This document shows positions 20,145 to 30,130 of a DNA stretch of 64,000 nucleotides, piece after piece. The notes under the pieces were generated by a model. It was given only the letters and a program-made list of their open reading frames with translations. It was not told the DNA's origin and did not search any database. Origin of the DNA: Cyanobacteria bacterium P01_D01_bin.156 (lineage in GTDB: Bacteria; Cyanobacteriota; Cyanobacteriia; Phormidesmidales; Phormidesmidaceae); NCBI GenBank assembly GCA_039024555.1, contig JBCCQQ010000031.1, positions 1-64,000 on the forward strand, given 5' to 3'. The first letter of the stretch is position 1. The number at the start of each line of letters is the position of its first letter. The translations under genes and the position numbers were made by a program.

Positions 20145-20903
20145 ATGTTTACTCGCCCTCCCAACCTATCTAATCGCAGTCGCGATCGCAGAAAGCATCG
20201 TCAGCGGGAGCCTGCCAAGCCATCGGTTCAGATATGGCCACTACTATCCATGGCAATTTTAGGTGGGGGTCTAGTGGTAGGGGCCGTGACCGCCTACGGC
20301 CTGTGGCGCACCGGGGACCAGTTTATGGACAATGTGCAGTCGATATTCACCCCCAAACCACCGGAAGATAAAGTGGATACGCGCACCCTGGTGGTGAATC
20401 AAATCCAAGGCGCTAGCGAACTCACGACAGCCATTTTTTCCATGGAGGCGGTGGTACCGACAGAAAGTAACCGTACCGTGGGTAACTATGTGATCGGTAA
20501 AACGAATTTGTTGTACGTTGCCCATGGCGAAGTGCGAGCGGGCATTGATCTATCGGCCCTGAGCGAAGCCGATGTACGGGTGGTGAATACATCCGAGGAG
20601 CAGCCCCCCAGTCTGACAATCACCCTGCCTGCCCCCAAAATTTTAGACAGCAAGCTGGACGTGGCTCAATCTAAGGTATATGACTACGACCGAGGCTTTT
20701 TAAATCTTGGACCAGATCGGGCACCGGAATTGCAAACCCTAGCCCAACAGGAGGCCCTACAGCGCATCCGTCAGGGCGCTTGCGACCAGGGAATTTTGAC
20801 CATGGCCAGCGATCGCGCCAGATTAACCCTGCGCCAGCTGCTGGAGCCCATCGGCTACGAAACGCTCACCGTGGAGGTAACAGAACCTGAAAGCTGTTCT
20901 TAA
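20145..20903 (+). CDS. DUF4230 domain membrane-anchored protein
   Basis: TM segment, SELTTA, GEVRAGIDLS, ITLPAPKIL; start taken at ATG 20145. Confidence 0.82.
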   Translation: MFTRPPNLSNRSRDRRKHRQREPAKPSVQIWPLLSMAILGGGLVVGAVTAYGLWRTGDQFMDNVQSIFTPKPPEDKVDTRTLVVNQIQGASELTTAIFSMEAVVPTESNRTVGNYVIGKTNLLYVAHGEVRAGIDLSALSEADVRVVNTSEEQPPSLTITLPAPKILDSKLDVAQSKVYDYDRGFLNLGPDRAPELQTLAQQEALQRIRQGACDQGILTMASDRARLTLRQLLEPIGYETLTVEVTEPESCS

Positions 20904-20955
20904 GGGAGTTTTAGGTTTTTCAAGCTAAGTTGTGAGCTGTCGGAGTAGAGAATTT

Positions 20956-21046
20956 TGAAGTCGGAAGTCGGAAATTCAGGTTATGGCTCCGACTTCAAAC
21001 TTCCGAACTCAAAACTCCGAACTCCGAATTCAAACTTCCGCATTCA
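20956..21046. repeat. Heptamer (STRR-like) fold-back repeat
   Basis: gaagtc-ggaagtc-ggaaattc ... ctccgac-ttcaaac-ttccgaa-ctcaaaa-ctccgaa-ctccgaa-ttcaaac-ttccgca. Confidence 0.8.
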
Positions 21047-21077
21047 AAAGACTACCAACCGTTATCCTATATCCAAA

Positions 21078-21872
21078 ATGATTGAGCTATATCAATTTGA
21101 AGCGTCCCATTACTGTGAAAAGGTACGGCTGGTTTTGGATTACAAACAGCTCCCGTACAAAACTGTGGAGGTCACTCCAGGCGTAGGGCAAGTGGACCTA
21201 TATCGCCTTTCCGGCCAGCGCCAGGTACCGGTGATTAAAGATGGGGCAACGGTGGTGGCAGACTCTACTGCCATTGCTACCTATTTAGATGAAACCTATC
21301 CTGAACGACCCGTACTCCCAGCAGATGGGGCGATGCGCGGTCTGTGTCTGATGCTGGAGGACTGGGCGGATGAGTCCATAGGTCCCAATGCCCGCAAGGC
21401 GATGATCGGTGCCTTTAATCAGCATCCTAGCTTTCGTACGGCCCTGTTGCCTGCCTCCACACCGGATGTGCTAAAGAGTTTGGTTACAGCGGTGCCTGGA
21501 GATGTATTGAATCTGCTGGGTACGGGCATTGGGTTTGGGGCAGACGATGTGAAAGTGGCCACCTTGAGCCTGCAGCAGGCGCTGTCCTCCATATGTGCTG
21601 TTTTGGCTGAGCATCCTTATATGGTGAGCGGTCAGCCTACTCTGGCGGACTTTGCGATCGCCGGTATTTCTATGTATCTGAAGTTCCCAGCCCAGCGCTA
21701 TGTGGACTTGCCAGCCGGTCTCTGTGAAAAAGGCGTGCCCGGACTGGCTGATAATCCAAAGTATGAACCCTTCTGGAGCTGGCGCGATCGGCTGTATGCA
21801 GACTACCGAAAAGTGAGAACTGAGCCCCCTACGGATGCAGGCAGCGGCCCGGTAAAAATTGGCATTGATTGA
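21078..21872 (+). CDS. Glutathione S-transferase family protein
   Basis: MIELYQFEASHYCEKVRLVLDYK, QVPVI..ADSTAIATYL, PTLADFAI. Confidence 0.92.
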   Translation: MIELYQFEASHYCEKVRLVLDYKQLPYKTVEVTPGVGQVDLYRLSGQRQVPVIKDGATVVADSTAIATYLDETYPERPVLPADGAMRGLCLMLEDWADESIGPNARKAMIGAFNQHPSFRTALLPASTPDVLKSLVTAVPGDVLNLLGTGIGFGADDVKVATLSLQQALSSICAVLAEHPYMVSGQPTLADFAIAGISMYLKFPAQRYVDLPAGLCEKGVPGLADNPKYEPFWSWRDRLYADYRKVRTEPPTDAGSGPVKIGID

Positions 21873-22004
21873 TGTGAGCGGAATAATGCCGTAGGGCCAT
21901 GCCCTTGTGGATGCCCTATGGTAACCAGTTGCTATTTTCCTGAATCTATCTGTTGTTGGGTTAGCAACGCCTTATAAAATATAAGGCGCAGTTAGCGCAA
22001 CACT

Positions 22005-23261
22005 ATGAGCCCCAACACTACATTTGAATCGCTGCTTGGCCCTGCTCAGGTGGTGCCCTGGTCCAACGATGACCCTCAATGGACGGTGCCTGAGAATCTC
22101 AGTATTGTTTTTCCAGAATCTATTGAACAACTTTCTGCAGTGGTGCGCACCTGTTGCGAAAAGCGATGGCGCACGCTCAGCTGCGGTCAGCGTACCAAGC
22201 TGCACTGGGGAGGGCAACATCAGCTAAACAATATTGATGTGGTTGTCAGTACCGCCCGTCTCAATAAAGTAGTGGACCATTGGGTGGATGACTTTACCGC
22301 TCGGGTAGAGGCCGGTATCCCCTTTGCTGATTTTCAGGCCAAACTAAAACTGCAAAACCAGTTTTGGCCCGTGGATCCGTTGTACGCCAACCAAGCCACC
22401 ATTGGGGGGATTGTCGCCACCGCCGATGGGGGAAGCCTACGCCAGCGTTATGGCAGCGTTCGGGATACGGTGATCGGTATTCAATTTGTGCGCTACGACG
22501 GCGAAGTGGTCAAAGCCGGGGGCCGGGTGGTCAAAAATGTGGCGGGCTACGACCTAATGAAACTAATGACCGGGGCCTACGGCACCCTGGGCATTCTCAG
22601 TCAGATTACCCTGCGGCTATATCCGGTGGCGGCCCAGTCGCAAACTATCGTGGCTTCAGGTCCTGTAGCGGCCATTGCCGAAGCAGCTCTGCAAACCCGG
22701 CTCCAGGGAATTACTCCGGTAGCAATGGATATAGTGGGTACCAGCAGCGGCTTGCAGCTGGCAGGGCGATTTCAAGGCATTGCCACGGGTGTGCAGGAAC
22801 AGGTGGAGCGATTTCAGACCGTTGCCAAAACAGTGGGGCTAGACAGTCATGCCGTAGACGACGATGGTGAATTTTGGTCTTCCCTGGCACAGCAGCTGGC
22901 AAATCTCGATCACATACTATGCAAAGTGGGGCTACTTCCCACCGCAATGGTTCCTCTATTACAAGAGCTATCCCATCTTGATGGCTGGTTAGGCCGATTA
23001 CACAATGCTAGTGGCCTGGGGCTCATCACATTACCTGCAGATGCTCCTGAAGTAGGCAGCACCCTAACGAAGCTACGCACCCACTGTCAGACCCATCAGG
23101 GTTACCTGACTCTTTTGCAGCGTCCCGCTGCTACAGCCTTAGGCGATACCTTCGATCCCTGGGGATATACCGGCAATGCCCTGGGTATGATGCGGGCCAT
23201 CAAACAACAATTTGACCCCCATGGCTTATTGAACCCAGGTCGATTTGTGGGAGGAATTTAA
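22005..23261 (+). CDS. glcE: FAD-binding oxidoreductase, glycolate oxidase FAD subunit-like
   Basis: ATIGGIVAT, GGRVVKNVAGYDLMKLMTGAYGTLG, KQQFDPHGLLNPGRF. Confidence 0.85.
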   Translation: MSPNTTFESLLGPAQVVPWSNDDPQWTVPENLSIVFPESIEQLSAVVRTCCEKRWRTLSCGQRTKLHWGGQHQLNNIDVVVSTARLNKVVDHWVDDFTARVEAGIPFADFQAKLKLQNQFWPVDPLYANQATIGGIVATADGGSLRQRYGSVRDTVIGIQFVRYDGEVVKAGGRVVKNVAGYDLMKLMTGAYGTLGILSQITLRLYPVAAQSQTIVASGPVAAIAEAALQTRLQGITPVAMDIVGTSSGLQLAGRFQGIATGVQEQVERFQTVAKTVGLDSHAVDDDGEFWSSLAQQLANLDHILCKVGLLPTAMVPLLQELSHLDGWLGRLHNASGLGLITLPADAPEVGSTLTKLRTHCQTHQGYLTLLQRPAATALGDTFDPWGYTGNALGMMRAIKQQFDPHGLLNPGRFVGGI

Positions 23262-23328
23262 GCAGTACTGACAACTTTAGGTACCTGTTCCGCATAGAAT
23301 GGTCAGGTCTATCTGCACTTAAAGTTTT

Positions 23329-24063
23329 GTGAGATTATTCGTTTACCACACCCCTGAAGAAACGCCCGTTGATAGCTTGCCAACCTGTGCGATCGCTATC
23401 GACGTTCTCAGGGCCACCACGACCATGGCAGCCGCATTTGCAGCAGGCGCTGAGGCAATTGAAGCATTTAGTGATTTAGACAAGCTAGTAGAGGCTAGCC
23501 AGCAATATCCCCCAGAAAAACGACTGCTGGCGGGGGAGCGTGGTGGTAAACGAGTAGACGGTTTTGATTTAGGCAATTCTCCCCGCGACCACGCCCCTGA
23601 GCGTACAGCCGGTCGTCGCCTGTTTATGAGCACTACCAATGGCACCCGATGTCTGCAGCGTATTCAACACGCTCCCATTGTGATGACAGCGGCTCTAACT
23701 ACACGCAATGCAGTGGTTGAGAAACTGTTAGCCAAGCAACCAGACACCGTTTGGCTTGTGGGCTCTGGTTGGGAAGGCACCTACTCCCTTGAAGACACGG
23801 TCTGTGCAGGTGCTATTCTCCACAGCCTGATGGCTTCTACGGGGCAGGCTTTTACTGACTGCATCGGCAACGACTCCGCTGTAGCTGCCGTTGGCTTGTA
23901 TGAGCAATGGCAACATCGCATGCTGGACCTGATGCATGTGGCCACCCATGGTCAGCGACTGCTGGGACTAAATAACACCGCTGATCTAGAGTACTGTGCT
24001 CAATTAGATGTCATGGATATTGTTCCAGAACAGGAGCGGCCAGGGGTATTAGTTAATCCGTAG
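23329..24063 (+). CDS. comB: 2-phosphosulfolactate phosphatase family protein
   Basis: IDVLRATTT, GERGG..GFDLGNSP, STTNGT, SLEDTVCAG. Confidence 0.92.
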   Translation: MRLFVYHTPEETPVDSLPTCAIAIDVLRATTTMAAAFAAGAEAIEAFSDLDKLVEASQQYPPEKRLLAGERGGKRVDGFDLGNSPRDHAPERTAGRRLFMSTTNGTRCLQRIQHAPIVMTAALTTRNAVVEKLLAKQPDTVWLVGSGWEGTYSLEDTVCAGAILHSLMASTGQAFTDCIGNDSAVAAVGLYEQWQHRMLDLMHVATHGQRLLGLNNTADLEYCAQLDVMDIVPEQERPGVLVNP

Positions 24064-25030
24064 AGTATTCTTTCACGGCTACTTTTTTACCCAGCTCTAC
24101 CGAGCGCTGTAGCGCCGTTGCCACCTGCAAAGAATACACACTTTCCTCAGGCTCAACATAGAGAGGAGTGCCCTTTAATAGGTGCTCTATTACCCACTGG
24201 GTATCTTTGCGGAATAGTCCTTGACGTGGGGTAGCACCGATCGTTTGCTTTCTACAGGCCGTAGTTAAACACCCCTGATCACCATCAAACACTAAACAGC
24301 CTTGGTCGCCACGAACTTCGATGTAACGATTACGTTGCCATAGCCCTTCGCCTTTACCGTAGGTCAGCTCTGCCTGGACGCCATTGCAAAACTGCAGTTG
24401 GGCGCTGTACAGGCAACGTTTAAAGTAGTCAGTCTCCGTTGGCTGCACTCCTCCTTGGCAGATTACGGTTTCCACTGGTCCCAACAAATTTGTTAAACGC
24501 TGAATGCGAGAGAGGGCCGCCATCAGAGGAAACCCCAACGGCTCTAGCGAGTAGTTCCATTTCTGTGGAGCAGGTTGCTTTGGAGCTAGGGTGCGATAGT
24601 TCACATAGTGGGGGGCGCCAACGGCAGCCATATGTTCCTGCATGGCTAGATGTAATCCGCCAATGAGTTCAATGTGTTCAACGTGTAATAGTTGCTGGCG
24701 CTGACGGGCTATTGCCACTAGCTGAACAGCTTGAGAGAGATCTAGCGCTAGGGGATATTCAACAACAACCTGTTTTCCGTGATTAAGCGCTTGTTGTACA
24801 AGGGTTCCATGGTCTGCATTAACGGTGCATACAAATACGAGATCAAGACAGTCCCACAGTGTTTTATCTAGAGATAGAAATCCTATCTCATACTTTTTAG
24901 CAAAGTCCTGGGCCCGTTCGTGACTACGACTAGCCACTCCTACTAAGTTAACTTCAGAAATGTTCTGTAGGGCTTGAGCCCGTTTGCCTGCCGCAAAACC
25001 AGTTCCAACAATGCCTGCACGAATTGCCAT
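24053..25030 (-). CDS. bvdR: Biliverdin reductase (Gfo/Idh/MocA family)
   Basis: GIVGTGFAA, GKQVVVEYPLAL, LLHVEHIELIGG match the cyanobacterial BvdR pattern. Confidence 0.8.
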   Translation of the reverse strand: MAIRAGIVGTGFAAGKRAQALQNISEVNLVGVASRSHERAQDFAKKYEIGFLSLDKTLWDCLDLVFVCTVNADHGTLVQQALNHGKQVVVEYPLALDLSQAVQLVAIARQRQQLLHVEHIELIGGLHLAMQEHMAAVGAPHYVNYRTLAPKQPAPQKWNYSLEPLGFPLMAALSRIQRLTNLLGPVETVICQGGVQPTETDYFKRCLYSAQLQFCNGVQAELTYGKGEGLWQRNRYIEVRGDQGCLVFDGDQGCLTTACRKQTIGATPRQGLFRKDTQWVIEHLLKGTPLYVEPEESVYSLQVATALQRSVELGKKVAVKEYSTD

Positions 25031-25671
25031 ACATCAAGCGGATGTCATAATGTCTGTCAGGGGATTGATAGATTTGCACCTGTGGTTCATTGAGCTATTG
25101 GACTCTAGCAGCTGGCCCGAAAAAAACCGGCTGATTGGCCACAGACACAACATAACAAAACCATCATTCAGAATAAACGCTTGCGGTTTTAGGTAGTTTG
25201 AACCTAGTTCAAAAAACATTGCTGCAACCTATGGAACTCATTAGATACATTGACTAGAGACCTAATTTTTAAGGAGGTAATCTAGCGGCAAAACATCATA
25301 ATTTTTTTTAATCAGTATTGTAGTTATTAGTACTTTAGCTTAAGTGTCCTTGGAGTTCTTAAGCACTCTTTGTTTACCCATATCGAGTCCACACGACACT
25401 GAAACAGGTCTTGATCCCCAAAATATGGAAGATGCTTCAAATGTTTTTGTGACGAAGGATACAGCTCCGATGGGTATTTAAAAACCAATATCCTTACCAC
25501 TAAAGAAATGCCCTTACATCCATCCATAAGCAAAACCTTATAAAAGGCGCTTATTCAATTACAAATACCGTTCTGCTAAACCCGCTAAAAGTAGCAAAGA
25601 GCCTTAATTTTCACGTAGTATCAAAAACGATGTCGGACTTGAATAGATTCCTATAGTGAAATGCTCAATAG

Positions 25672-26025
<354 letters not shown>

Positions 26026-26079
26026 GGCTTCTCAGCATCGGTTGCTAACATCATGAGATTCATGGGTTAGTAAGCTTTG

Positions 26080-26109
26080 AAAGGACCCTCAGCTTTTGAG
26101 GGTCCTTTT
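26080..26109. terminator. Rho-independent terminator after petF
   Basis: aaaggaccctc-agctttt-gagggtcctttt. Confidence 0.8.
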
Positions 26110-26155
26110 GTTTGTAAGGCATTTGTGTGGGAAAACCTGCTCCCTGAACGTAAGC

Positions 26156-27886
26156 TTACTGCGCTGCACCAGACGTAGGTTCAGCTGTAACTGAGGGCAA
26201 TGCTGCTGGCTCGCGCCAAAAGACAATATCCTGACTAATGGGGATCAGTTGGGTATTGGGGTAGTAAAACTGCAGGATACGCTGATAGGGCCAGCCGTTT
26301 TCTCCCAAACGATAGGAGCCGGTCTGACTCATGCCTACACCGTGACCAAATCCGCCTCCTACAAAGGTATAGCCCTTCATTACAGGAGTGTTTTGTTTTT
26401 CAGTTGGGGTGCTGGGGATATCGTTTTCTTTATTGCTCGGTGAGTCCTGTTTGTCGTTCTCTTTGGTTTCGTACCAGGGTTCGAGATAAAAGAGCTGACT
26501 GCGTGGCGGGATGAGAGCGCTAACAACTTCATTCTTCTTGAGTTCAAAACTACCCAGGTTGGTATCGACTAAAACGGTCTGTACGCGCCCTGCTTGAGCC
26601 CGCTCGGTAACGGTTAAACCGGTAACGGCGGTGAGATTTGCTAGGGGATTTTTACGGTTGGTGAGGTATTCTTTGACTCCAGCGGTGATCTCTTCAAAGG
26701 TACCGGAACGCTGCCAGCGAAATGTGGGCCAATCGTCTTCATTGAACCGACCGGCCTGGTTGATAAAAGAGCGAAAGTTATTTTCGTCAGATAGTGGGCG
26801 GGCGGCTAGGTCCCAACTAATGGCCAAAGAGTCGATTACCGGCTGTAGATAGGGACGATCCACCCCATTCCACACATCGCTAAATCGGGCGGTAATCCCT
26901 CCGGTGGTCGATGAATACAGGGCGTCGATCAGTTCGCCATTGTAGGTGAGCACCTGTCCTTGGGTTACTGCGATCGCACGATCGGCCCGTGCCACAGCTC
27001 CGCTTAATCCACGATAAACCTGACACTGGGTATCGGCGCACAGCTCATAGCCATCAATGGCAAATCGCCGCAGATTTCGCAGGGCATAGGTTCTAGCCAG
27101 TACCGCTTGGGCTTCCACGGCTGCCTGGGGAGCACTGGGACCAATTTCATGGGGCACCACACCGCGTAGGTAAAGCTCAATGGGCACCTGGTTTACCAGG
27201 GTATAGTTGCCATAGGCATTGGGCTGTAGCTTAAAATCTCCACCAAAGAGCTTTTTCGAACCACCATTTTCTGCAATCTGTACCCGACGGTTCGCACTGG
27301 CAATCTGAAACAGATCGCGATTGTAGCGATACCCGTTGGCAATAAATGCCGCTTTGGGTCTTTCGGTGAGGACACGGCTGTCAATAAACGTATTGGCATG
27401 GCCTGCTTTATGTAAGCTCTCTAGCAACAGCCGCCGCAGTAGAGGAGTGTTGTAGTTTTCTCGCTTAGCCCACACCTGCCAGCTACTGGGCTGGGCCACT
27501 TCTGCTTCAATGCCCTGTTTTTTCCACTGATTGGCGCTTTCCTCTGCACTTTCAAAGCTGCGGTGGCTACTGAGTACCACCCATTCTTGTAACACTGGCT
27601 GAGGCAAGGGTTCAGCCCCCACTTCCAGGGTCAGTTGCTGGGTGGTTATGGTTTGGGGTTGGCCCCCCGTTTCAAAATTTACCGTCAGGGTGTCCCCCGA
27701 TAGGGGTGTGAGCACTAGCTTGTCTTGGGCCTCTTCCCCGAATCGCTGGACCAAGCCAATGTGAATGTCAGGATTTAGGGGAGCCTGCCCCAGGGCCTTA
27801 CTAGGCAGTACGGCTAGCAGCCCCAAGGCCATTAACACTGCTTGCTTTTTCCAGGCCACACCTGTCCGCTCGTTTACTAAAACCAT
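26156..27886 (-). CDS. SpoIID/LytB domain protein
   Basis: YLRGVVPHEIG, AQAVLARTYA, LCADTQCQVY, GGGFGHGVGMSQ; start uncertain (ATG 27886 precedes a signal-like segment; the open frame extends to 28078). Confidence 0.88.
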   Translation of the reverse strand: MVLVNERTGVAWKKQAVLMALGLLAVLPSKALGQAPLNPDIHIGLVQRFGEEAQDKLVLTPLSGDTLTVNFETGGQPQTITTQQLTLEVGAEPLPQPVLQEWVVLSSHRSFESAEESANQWKKQGIEAEVAQPSSWQVWAKRENYNTPLLRRLLLESLHKAGHANTFIDSRVLTERPKAAFIANGYRYNRDLFQIASANRRVQIAENGGSKKLFGGDFKLQPNAYGNYTLVNQVPIELYLRGVVPHEIGPSAPQAAVEAQAVLARTYALRNLRRFAIDGYELCADTQCQVYRGLSGAVARADRAIAVTQGQVLTYNGELIDALYSSTTGGITARFSDVWNGVDRPYLQPVIDSLAISWDLAARPLSDENNFRSFINQAGRFNEDDWPTFRWQRSGTFEEITAGVKEYLTNRKNPLANLTAVTGLTVTERAQAGRVQTVLVDTNLGSFELKKNEVVSALIPPRSQLFYLEPWYETKENDKQDSPSNKENDIPSTPTEKQNTPVMKGYTFVGGGFGHGVGMSQTGSYRLGENGWPYQRILQFYYPNTQLIPISQDIVFWREPAALPSVTAEPTSGAAQ

Positions 27887-28190
27887 ATGCCCAGACACCT
27901 TCAAACCATTGCCACCATAGCCCAAAGGTTGGATTGTTGTTTGGATATTTTGTAGAACTTTTGTCACGGTTTTTTCTATGCCACCGATCACGTTGCTTGT
28001 ATACACAGAGGGACTCAAAATAAGTTGCAACTCGAAGTCGTTATGAGTATGATTAAGGAGCTTGTAAAATACAGCCACTCAGTTTTTTGATATCTATAAT
28101 TGTTTGACTGCTTTTTTTAGATAGGGCATATGAGCCTTATTCTGGGTTCAACCCATTTATTCCTGCCCCTTAGTTGTTAGGAGATTAGCT

Positions 28191-28676
28191 ATGTCCTCAT
28201 CGACTCTACCCATCAATATCGGTATCAGTGACGATCATCGTCGTGCGATCGCAGATGGCCTATCCCGCACCCTGGCAGATACCTATACCCTGTATCTCAA
28301 GACCCATAATTTCCATTGGAATGTGACCGGTCCCATGTTCCAAACCCTGCACTTGATGTTTGAGGGACAGTACAATGAGCTTGCCCTGGCAGTGGATGCC
28401 ATTGCTGAACGGATTCGTGCCCTGGGATTTCCCGCTCCCGGCACCTATAGCGAATATGCCAAACTTAGTTCCATCAGTGAAACCCCAGGCGTTCCCAAAG
28501 CTGAAGAGATGATCGCTTTGCTGGTGGAAGGTCAAGAAGCAGTGGCCCGCACGGCCCGTGAAGTCTTCGCTATTGCCGATGAAGCGAACGATGAACCTAC
28601 CGCAGATTTGTTGACCCAGCGTCTACAGATCCATGAGAAAAATGCATGGATGTTGCGCAGTTTGTTGCAGGACTAA
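28191..28676 (+). CDS. dps: DNA-protection ferritin-like protein Dps
   Basis: [43 protein letters not shown]. Confidence 0.96.
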   Translation: MSSSTLPINIGISDDHRRAIADGLSRTLADTYTLYLKTHNFHWNVTGPMFQTLHLMFEGQYNELALAVDAIAERIRALGFPAPGTYSEYAKLSSISETPGVPKAEEMIALLVEGQEAVARTAREVFAIADEANDEPTADLLTQRLQIHEKNAWMLRSLLQD

Positions 28677-28710
28677 AGCCCCAGAGCAAAGCCATCACAA
28701 CAAATAGCCG

Positions 28711-28744
28711 AATGCCCCAGCCAACAGATGTTGGCTGGGGCATT
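28711..28744. terminator. Stem-loop after dps
   Basis: aatgccccagccaaca-ga-tgttggctggggcatt. Confidence 0.7.
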
Positions 28745-28979
28745 CTTGTCTGCAAAGTTACGTAGGAATCAGGATGCAATAACGTCCATAATTTTGCTTG
28801 AAGCAAAGTAAGATACTATGCCCCCACCCCGGAGCTCCTCCGGGATGGATTGACCGTTAGCGTTAAGGATCGAAACCCACCCCGCCTGCGGCACTCCTCC
28901 CCGGAGGAGAGAAATCGGCACATTATTAAACTACCGCTCCCTAGCATCTGTCATCTCTAAAGGGATGACAGTAAGCAAT

Positions 28980-29567
28980 TTACTGATGTAAGAAAGGCAA
29001 TACAAACCACAGCGGAGCTTTTTCATCTAGAGTGACTCGAGCCGTTGCATGCATACCCCCTACAGGCACCATGTTTAAGCTACTGGCAGACCACTTGTAT
29101 CCGCTAGCAGTATTAGAATCAGGCGTCAGGTCTATAAGCACTTCAATAGTTGTGGGAGCAGCGGGATCTTCTAGCTGGCGCACCCCTTCTAGGGTGGTCA
29201 CCATGGGAGACGATATCTGGCTCACTTTCCCTTCGATTCCACCCGCTGCCTGTTTATTTCCTTCGACGGCGGGAATCATTAGCACATCCATACCCGGCTC
29301 TATCTGGGCCAGTTCGCCTGAAGGGAAATGGGCCACACCCACTAGCTTGCCAGCATCGTTATCGGCATAGGCCAGAATGGCATGGCTACTGGTGGTCACA
29401 GGAATACGCCCTTCACAGCTCCAATACAGTGCTGCGCTGAGCAGTCCCCCAATGGTGATCAACGGTAGCCAGCTGCGAGGAGAAACAATCTTCATGAGCT
29501 GGTCTAACTGCTCCGGCGACGATAATCGCTCTAGAGCCTCTTGGCGGAAAATGCTACTGTCTCCCAT
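28980..29567 (-). CDS. Short NHLP/bacteriocin-system secretion (HlyD-like) protein lacking the central hairpin
   Basis: IFRQEALERLSSPEQLDQLM N-terminus, one TM helix, GRIPVT, C-terminal SGYKWS..ARVTLDEKAPLWFVLPFL; only 195 aa. Confidence 0.78.
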   Translation of the reverse strand: MGDSSIFRQEALERLSSPEQLDQLMKIVSPRSWLPLITIGGLLSAALYWSCEGRIPVTTSSHAILAYADNDAGKLVGVAHFPSGELAQIEPGMDVLMIPAVEGNKQAAGGIEGKVSQISSPMVTTLEGVRQLEDPAAPTTIEVLIDLTPDSNTASGYKWSASSLNMVPVGGMHATARVTLDEKAPLWFVLPFLHQ

Positions 29568-29869
29568 GGCGCTTACTAAATGACGTGATGCTCATAGTAA
29601 CGTTATTTACAAAAAACAACTGCAATACTTTATGACACTCAGGAGATTCTCAGATTCACCTTTATATTCTTCTCAAGAAGGATTGAATATTCACCCCACT
29701 ACTTAACAAAAATTCAGGATTCTCTTCAATGCTGACTGAAGGATTAGAAGTTCATGAGAATCTCCCAAAACCACTTCTATTTTGAGTGACTCTCGATATG
29801 ATGAAAGAGTCTTGCAACAGACATGACCTGTTGAACAAGATTTCATTGTTTTACACTGAGGTAATTTCC

Positions 29870-30046
29870 ATGGAAGAGCAGAATAAGAACGCTTCTGATC
29901 AGCAGCTGTCTGATGAACAACTTGAGAACGTCGCTGGTGGCAACAAGCTTCAAGAGCAGCGTCTAGACCATTTAGACAATCAGGCTAAGAGTGTTAAGGA
30001 TATTCAAACAGAGCGTCTAGACCATTTAGACAATCAGGCTAAGTAG
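29870..30046 (+). CDS. Double-glycine leader peptide precursor (58 aa) with duplicated core
   Basis: GAGGT RBS; MEEQNKNASDQQLSDEQLENVAGG|NKLQEQRLDHLDNQAKSVKDIQTERLDHLDNQAK. Confidence 0.8.
   Translation: MEEQNKNASDQQLSDEQLENVAGGNKLQEQRLDHLDNQAKSVKDIQTERLDHLDNQAK
29958..30043 (+). repeat. 32-bp perfect direct repeat x2 (54-nt period) within the peptide core
   Basis: agcgtctagaccatttagacaatcaggctaag at 29958-29989 and 30012-30043. Confidence 0.95.
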
Positions 30047-30094
30047 TTTTCACGGGCCGTATCTTTTGTTTTTAGATCTACGGTACTTTATTTG

Positions 30095-30130
30095 AATAAT
30101 CCTGCCATACCTAGGTATGGCAGGATTATT
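30095..30130. terminator. Perfect 36-bp palindrome between the convergent peptide gene and msrA
   Basis: aataatcctgccatacctaggtatggcaggattatt, followed by a T-run. Confidence 0.75.

Noticed and set aside
29786..29869. Longer 86-aa version of the peptide ORF
   Set aside because: The RBS sits before ATG 29870, and the upstream part has no leader-like features.
29958..30043. Mini-CRISPR-like pattern (32-bp repeat, 22-nt spacer, repeat)
   Set aside because: Only two copies, an in-frame 54-nt period inside a coding peptide, not palindromic, and no cas genes nearby.
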